Below, in pieces: positions 41,757-64,000 of a stretch of DNA of 64,000 nucleotides. The position numbers and the translations under genes are program-made. The notes beneath the pieces were generated by a model. It was not told where the DNA came from and did no database searches. It was given only the letters and a program-made list of their open reading frames with translations. The stretch is from Paraspadella gotoi (lineage: Eukaryota > Animalia > Chaetognatha), in assembly GCA_051294375.1 (NCBI GenBank), contig CM119264.1:2228481-2292480 (forward strand), in the 5' to 3' direction. Within the stretch, counting starts at the first letter, position 1. Each line of letters starts with the position of its first letter.

Positions 41757-43772
41757 TGGAGTGATGGAGTGATGGAGTGATGAGTGATGGAGTGATAGAG
41801 TGATGGAGATAATACAAGTGATTGTGTTGAAATTTAACTAAAAAAAAAAAGAAACAAATTATGAAAAAAAAGAAAAAGAAAAAGAGAAGAAAAAAAGAAA
41901 AGGGAAGAATAGAAAATAAAAGGAAAGAATAGAAAAGAAAAGGGAAGAAAAGAAAATAAAAGGGAAGAATAGAATATAAAAGAGAAGAATAGAAAAGAAA
42001 AAAGAAAAGAATAGAAAAGAAAGATTGGGCGATTCTCATCAAAAGATAAACTGAAAGATCGAAATATTAAAAAATCGAAAAAGAAGAATTGGACAAAACA
42101 GAAACAAAGGAACTTAAATCTGGAAAATAAAAAAACAGCGAATTAGTTAAATAAAAATTAATTGATGAAATGTAATGATAATAATTGTGAAACGAAGTAA
42201 AGTGATTACATTATAGTTTGAGGATGCAAAATTCTCAATGAAACAAGTTCTCTATGCAATAATCCTTTGTGTTGTAATAAAAAGGCAGCTTTTTTCACTC
42301 TTATCACAAGTGAGTAAAAAGGTATAATCATTTGAGTTTGACTTTTATTCTATCATTGATATGTGATAATTTTTGTGTGTTAAGTTCTCTTATTTTTGTG
42401 ATTCACTTGAAATGTCACCCTGTTAAATCACTCGTGAAGAATAAAACAGAAGGTGAATTATGACTTTTAAGATAAATAATAATAATTTACCATGTCCAAG
42501 ATAGTGGAATTTACGAAAAACTATTTATCTAAAAGTTTGAGATAAGAAACATAGTAAAACCTCTTTTAGCTAACTTTAACTTCACTTTATAAATAAAAAA
42601 AACTGTAATAAGAGTAAATGATTTTTTTTTCAATTCAAGCAGCATATAAACAGTCTTCAAAATGCAAACAACAATGAGGAAAACAGTTTTGGGCGGAAGA
42701 GGAAGAGGAAAACAGTTTTGTGCGGAAGAGGAAGAGGAAAAGGAAGAAAGCAAACAAAAATCTGGAGATTTGGGTTTTTTTGTTGTCAAATCTGAAGGTT
42801 CGATATATTTTGATCAACAAATTTAAAAACATTGGATGTTAAACTACCGCAAATTATATACATTTGAAAATTAGACCTTTCTAGAAGCAAGATGGCATTC
42901 AAAAACAGGCAAAAATTTTATTTTGGTATACAAACAGTTCGGATTTGTTAAAAAAATGGATATGTTTTTTGAATTTTTGTTATCATTGGGATTTATTTTT
43001 TGAGCGAACAAGAATAGAAGAAAAAATATATGACGGATTTTTTTTATTTTTTGATTTGGTGCGTTTTTTTCATTTAGGGAATTTTTGATTTTACTGAGAT
43101 TGATAATTTCATAATCCTACGGGAATGAATAAGTAGTAATGTTGCAAATGTAATCAATTAGATTGTCATAAGTGGAAGGGGAGAAAGTAAAATTAAGTCG
43201 TAACGCGTTTCGTAAAATTGCACAGATTCGTTCGTTCATTGGCACAAGAGCTTTAATTTCATTTAAACGAGTTAATTTGATACAAAAAAGACATATATTA
43301 TTCATGGCACAATTTTATATATAATTGGAACAAGTAACAAAATTCGATTGAACAGAATCGAAAACTTAACATTTTGAACTCCACCGACGTCGGCTCAGTG
43401 TACAGTCGTTGTCTCCCCATGAATATATGAACATTATTGACATAATAGTATTGATATTTATTATGAGATATCATTCGAGATTCGCTTGGTTCTCTTCTGT
43501 TTCGGAAGATCTTGTTAAATTTAAAATTAAAACGGATGAGCGGTTTTTAAGATCAAAAATAAAAAGCTCGTGGAACATGAAAATTAACAAAGATGTTGAA
43601 ACTCAAAACTTGTATCAATCGTAGTCAGTTAAAAATCCTTAAAAATCCTTAAAAATCCTCAGTTAAAAATCCTTAACCGTATCCTTAAATTATCTTAAAT
43701 TCGAAATTTAAGTTTGAAAAATATTGGAATATTTAAAAAAATAAAACCCCTTTGGCTGACCCTTCACCCTTC

Positions 43773-61056
<17,284 letters not shown>

Positions 61057-61299
61057 TTTTTAAAAAAGATTTTCAAGTTTTTTTGGGGGGGAGCAAAAAT
61101 ATTTATAAATTTATTTATTCATCAATTTTTTTTAATTTTTTTTGATAAAATTTGCTTTTGATTAAACTCGTTCATTCACAATTTCGATCTTATATTCATT
61201 TTGATTTCACGCTCATTTTTTGATTCATTATTTTCGTTTTTAATTCAGACGAAAATGAATTTGATTTCAGCTTCGAAATTCTTTTTCTCCTTAAACCAG

Positions 61300-61710
61300 A
61301 AGTAAAAACCGGGAAACGAATAAAAACCCGGAAGTGACGTCGCAACGGGACGTCGTCCAATTTTTCGTCGTCGTCTACCACGCCGCGTCTTCAGCGCCGT
61401 CTTCGTCGGCGTCATTTTACTTTCTCTCGCGCGCGCCCGGCGTCGTCGTCGTCGTCGCCGCTATATATTTTTCTGGTTGTTGTCTCGCCTCCTCCTCCTC
61501 CTATTCCTCCTCCTCTTCCTCCTCCTACTCGCCATGGCAACGCGTCATCTTCGCGGCAAAGTTATTGGCAAAGTTTTCCATTCGGCGCCGCCAGACGCGA
61601 GAGAGAAAAGCGCGGCCTCTGATTGGATTAGAGAGAAGAAACCGTGATCTCTGATTGGACGCCAAACTGAATACCTTAATATTTCATTGGTCGCTCACCG
61701 GAAACAACGT
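61300..61710 (-). promoter_or_regulatory. Putative E78 proximal promoter (CpG-rich)
   Basis: Three CCAAT boxes (~61622, 61654, 61686), an ETS-CRE composite CCGGAAGTGACGTC at 61328-61341 and an X-box-like CGCCATGGCAAC at ~61530, all upstream of ATG 61056. Confidence 0.5.
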
Positions 61711-61929
61711 TAGCGATTTTACTTTTTTTTACGATGTTGGTTTTTTTTCTATAGAACCAGGAAATGAGACATTTCAAGCTTAAACGTCGTTCGTTTAGAC
61801 TAAATAGGAGAAATAACATTTCCAACGAACTTTCTCTCTCAAATATCTCTGGCCGTCTTAACGCAGATTCGGTAAATTAAAACTTTGGATGACGAAAGCG
61901 CCCAAAAGGAAATTGAAATGTATTTGACA

Positions 61930-62172
61930 CATACAATTGAAACATTCTTTGAAACATTATACCACTTCATTGATTGGGAAGCCAGGTACTCTGGGAGTGC
62001 TTAAACGAGACTGGGAGAGTCTTGATTGAAAGATTGTAAGGACCTGCTATGTCATTATCTTGTAAGAGTGATGGAGACCTTAAAACACCAAAGCCTGTCC
62101 AAAGTCAGGGGCAAGATAGCTTATTTATCAAATGAATGGATAATTTTTATATTGGTTGTACCAATTTCATAA
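61930..62172 (+). repeat. ~240-bp dispersed repeat, copy B
   Basis: Near-identical to 46345-46586. Confidence 0.9.
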
Positions 62173-63081
62173 CAAATCTAAATGGTAAAAGAGAGAAGGG
62201 AATGAATTTTGTCCCATCGCAGGATGACGTTGTAATCGATATAAGCATTGGGTTTTTTGTTTCTCCTCTCCCCTTCACTTTTCTTCTTCCATCTCCTTTC
62301 CTTTCCTCCACTTCCTTTCCTTTCCCTCTAATCCCCTCTCCTTTCTTCCCAATTCACTTTCCATCTCCTTTCCTTTCCTCACCTCCCCGCTGATCCTAAT
62401 TCTTGCTTTTCCTCTACTTTCCTTTCCTCCCTCTCCTCTATCCTCTCTTCCCTTTCCTTTTTTCTATTTTCCTTTCCTCCTCTTTCCTCTATCTTCTCTT
62501 CCCATCTCCTTTCCTTTCTTTTCTTTTTCCTCCTCTTCTCCGCGATCTCCTTTCCTTTCCTCCTTTCCTCCCTCTCCTCTATCCTCTCTTCCCATCTTCT
62601 TTCCTTTCCTCCATTCCTCTCTTTCCTCCTCTCCTCCCAACGTCGAGGTAAAAAAGTATTTTTTTTCCTCCAGGAAACTTATCTCCCTCATTCACAACAA
62701 AAAAAAAAAAAAAAAAAAAAACTTGGTGGAAGAAAAAACGCATCAAGACGGAAAAAAGGTCCTGAGGAAGTAACGCGCATTAGCTGTGTGGGTGTGTGTG
62801 GGCGCTGTGGTGGGGTGTTGTATGTCGAGGCGGCGTGGTCGGGGGTGGGCGTGTCGGGTCGATGGATACTTTTTTTTTTGTTTCGAAGAGAAAATGTTTG
62901 TTTTGGTTGTTTGGGTCCCATGTTTTTTTTTTCTCTCTTTTATTTTTTCTTTGTTTTTTTTTTCGTTTCTTTTTTTTTTTCTTTTTCTAAGAAAAGAATG
63001 AAATTTTCGACATTGATTAATGATTATATCTCGATATTAAAACTAGTGTTTCTGGTCGGAGCTTCTTTCTGTTGCCAGTTA

Positions 63082-63116
<35 letters not shown>

Positions 63117-63185
63117 TATATTATATAATTAATTAAACGAATTATTTAATTCAACAGATTAATGACCATTCGGCGGACCGTTAAA

Positions 63186-63258
<73 letters not shown>

Positions 63259-63843
63259 ATAAAAACGTAAAAACAACCAATTTTTTTTTCTCTAAAAAAA
63301 AGGTAATTTCTAGTCGAAGACTTTGAAAGAAAAACCGAAAGAAAAAATTCGAAGCCACAGAGAAAAATGGTGGCGAGTAGCCGGCGCCGCCGCCGTCGCC
63401 GCCGTCGCCGCCGCCCAGAGCAGCGACGCTAATAGACGCTAACGAGCGCCAATCCCTCCCCCCCTTTTCTCGAAAAACATCACCGTCGACATGGAAACGA
63501 GTTACATACGAGAAATCTTAAATAAACGCCGTACATCCGGGAAATTACTCGTCAATGTCGTATGAGGTCATTACATCCGGGAAATTAACGCCGTACCCTG
63601 TCGTTTAATTAAATCCGGGTAAGCTTGCATAGACGCTATGCAGACTCGAATTGCGAAACATTGTATTGAGTAATTACATCCGGGTAATCTTGAATCTAGG
63701 CCGCAATGACTCATTATATACGGGAAAGGTCACGACGAAAGAAAAAAGTTAATATCAAGAGAATTTTAAATTAAAAATAAATAATAACAAAATTCTCACG
63801 AAGATTTTAAAACCTTTTTTTTTAAAGTTTTATGTCGAAATCT

Positions 63844-63922
63844 CAGCCCCATCAAATAGTCATCTCTGTAAAAATACAGCCCCATCAAATAGTCATCTCT
63901 GTAAAACTACAGCCCCATCAAA
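63844..63922. repeat. 33-bp tandem repeat, about 2.4 copies
   Basis: CAGCCCCATCAAATAGTCATCTCTGTAAAA repeated. Confidence 0.9.
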
Positions 63923-64000
63923 CTCAGAAAAACCAACAAAAACAACGAGATAAAAAAACGAAAGACAAAAATTATAACTCGACAAAAAAAAACAAAAAAA

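Noticed and set aside
63368-63433. Protamine-like micro-[24 protein letters not shown]
   Set aside because: It is explained by a (CGC)n repeat, which is common in this genome, and has no other support.

Overview
Animal (invertebrate) genomic DNA with GC-rich exons, AT-rich microsatellite-laden introns and clear assembly artefacts. Genes from left to right: an intronless XK-related (scramblase family) gene with frameshifts (-); an 11-exon legumain (-); STPG2 (-), which carries an intronless ~850-aa orphan gene with an 8-aa Asn-rich repeat in intron 4; a divergent CFAP92/KIAA1257 (DUF4550) gene (+), which carries an antisense PAM2-motif orphan in an intron; and a 12-exon E78 (NR1E) nuclear receptor gene (-). 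The segment 14778-26135 is an indel-rich inverted duplicate of both flanks around a 25-N gap, typical of long-read gap filling. It shows that a ~215-bp X-box-bearing segment lies in opposite orientations in the clean and noisy sequence. It also shows that a CFAP92 intron/exon junction is amplified into an array of about 15 copies. Also present: tRNA-derived SINEs, a Gypsy integrase relic, a Helentron-type element, a MITE and nuclear-receptor/ETS site clusters at E78. All gene names and exon models come from manual translation and recalled family motifs, not from database searches.
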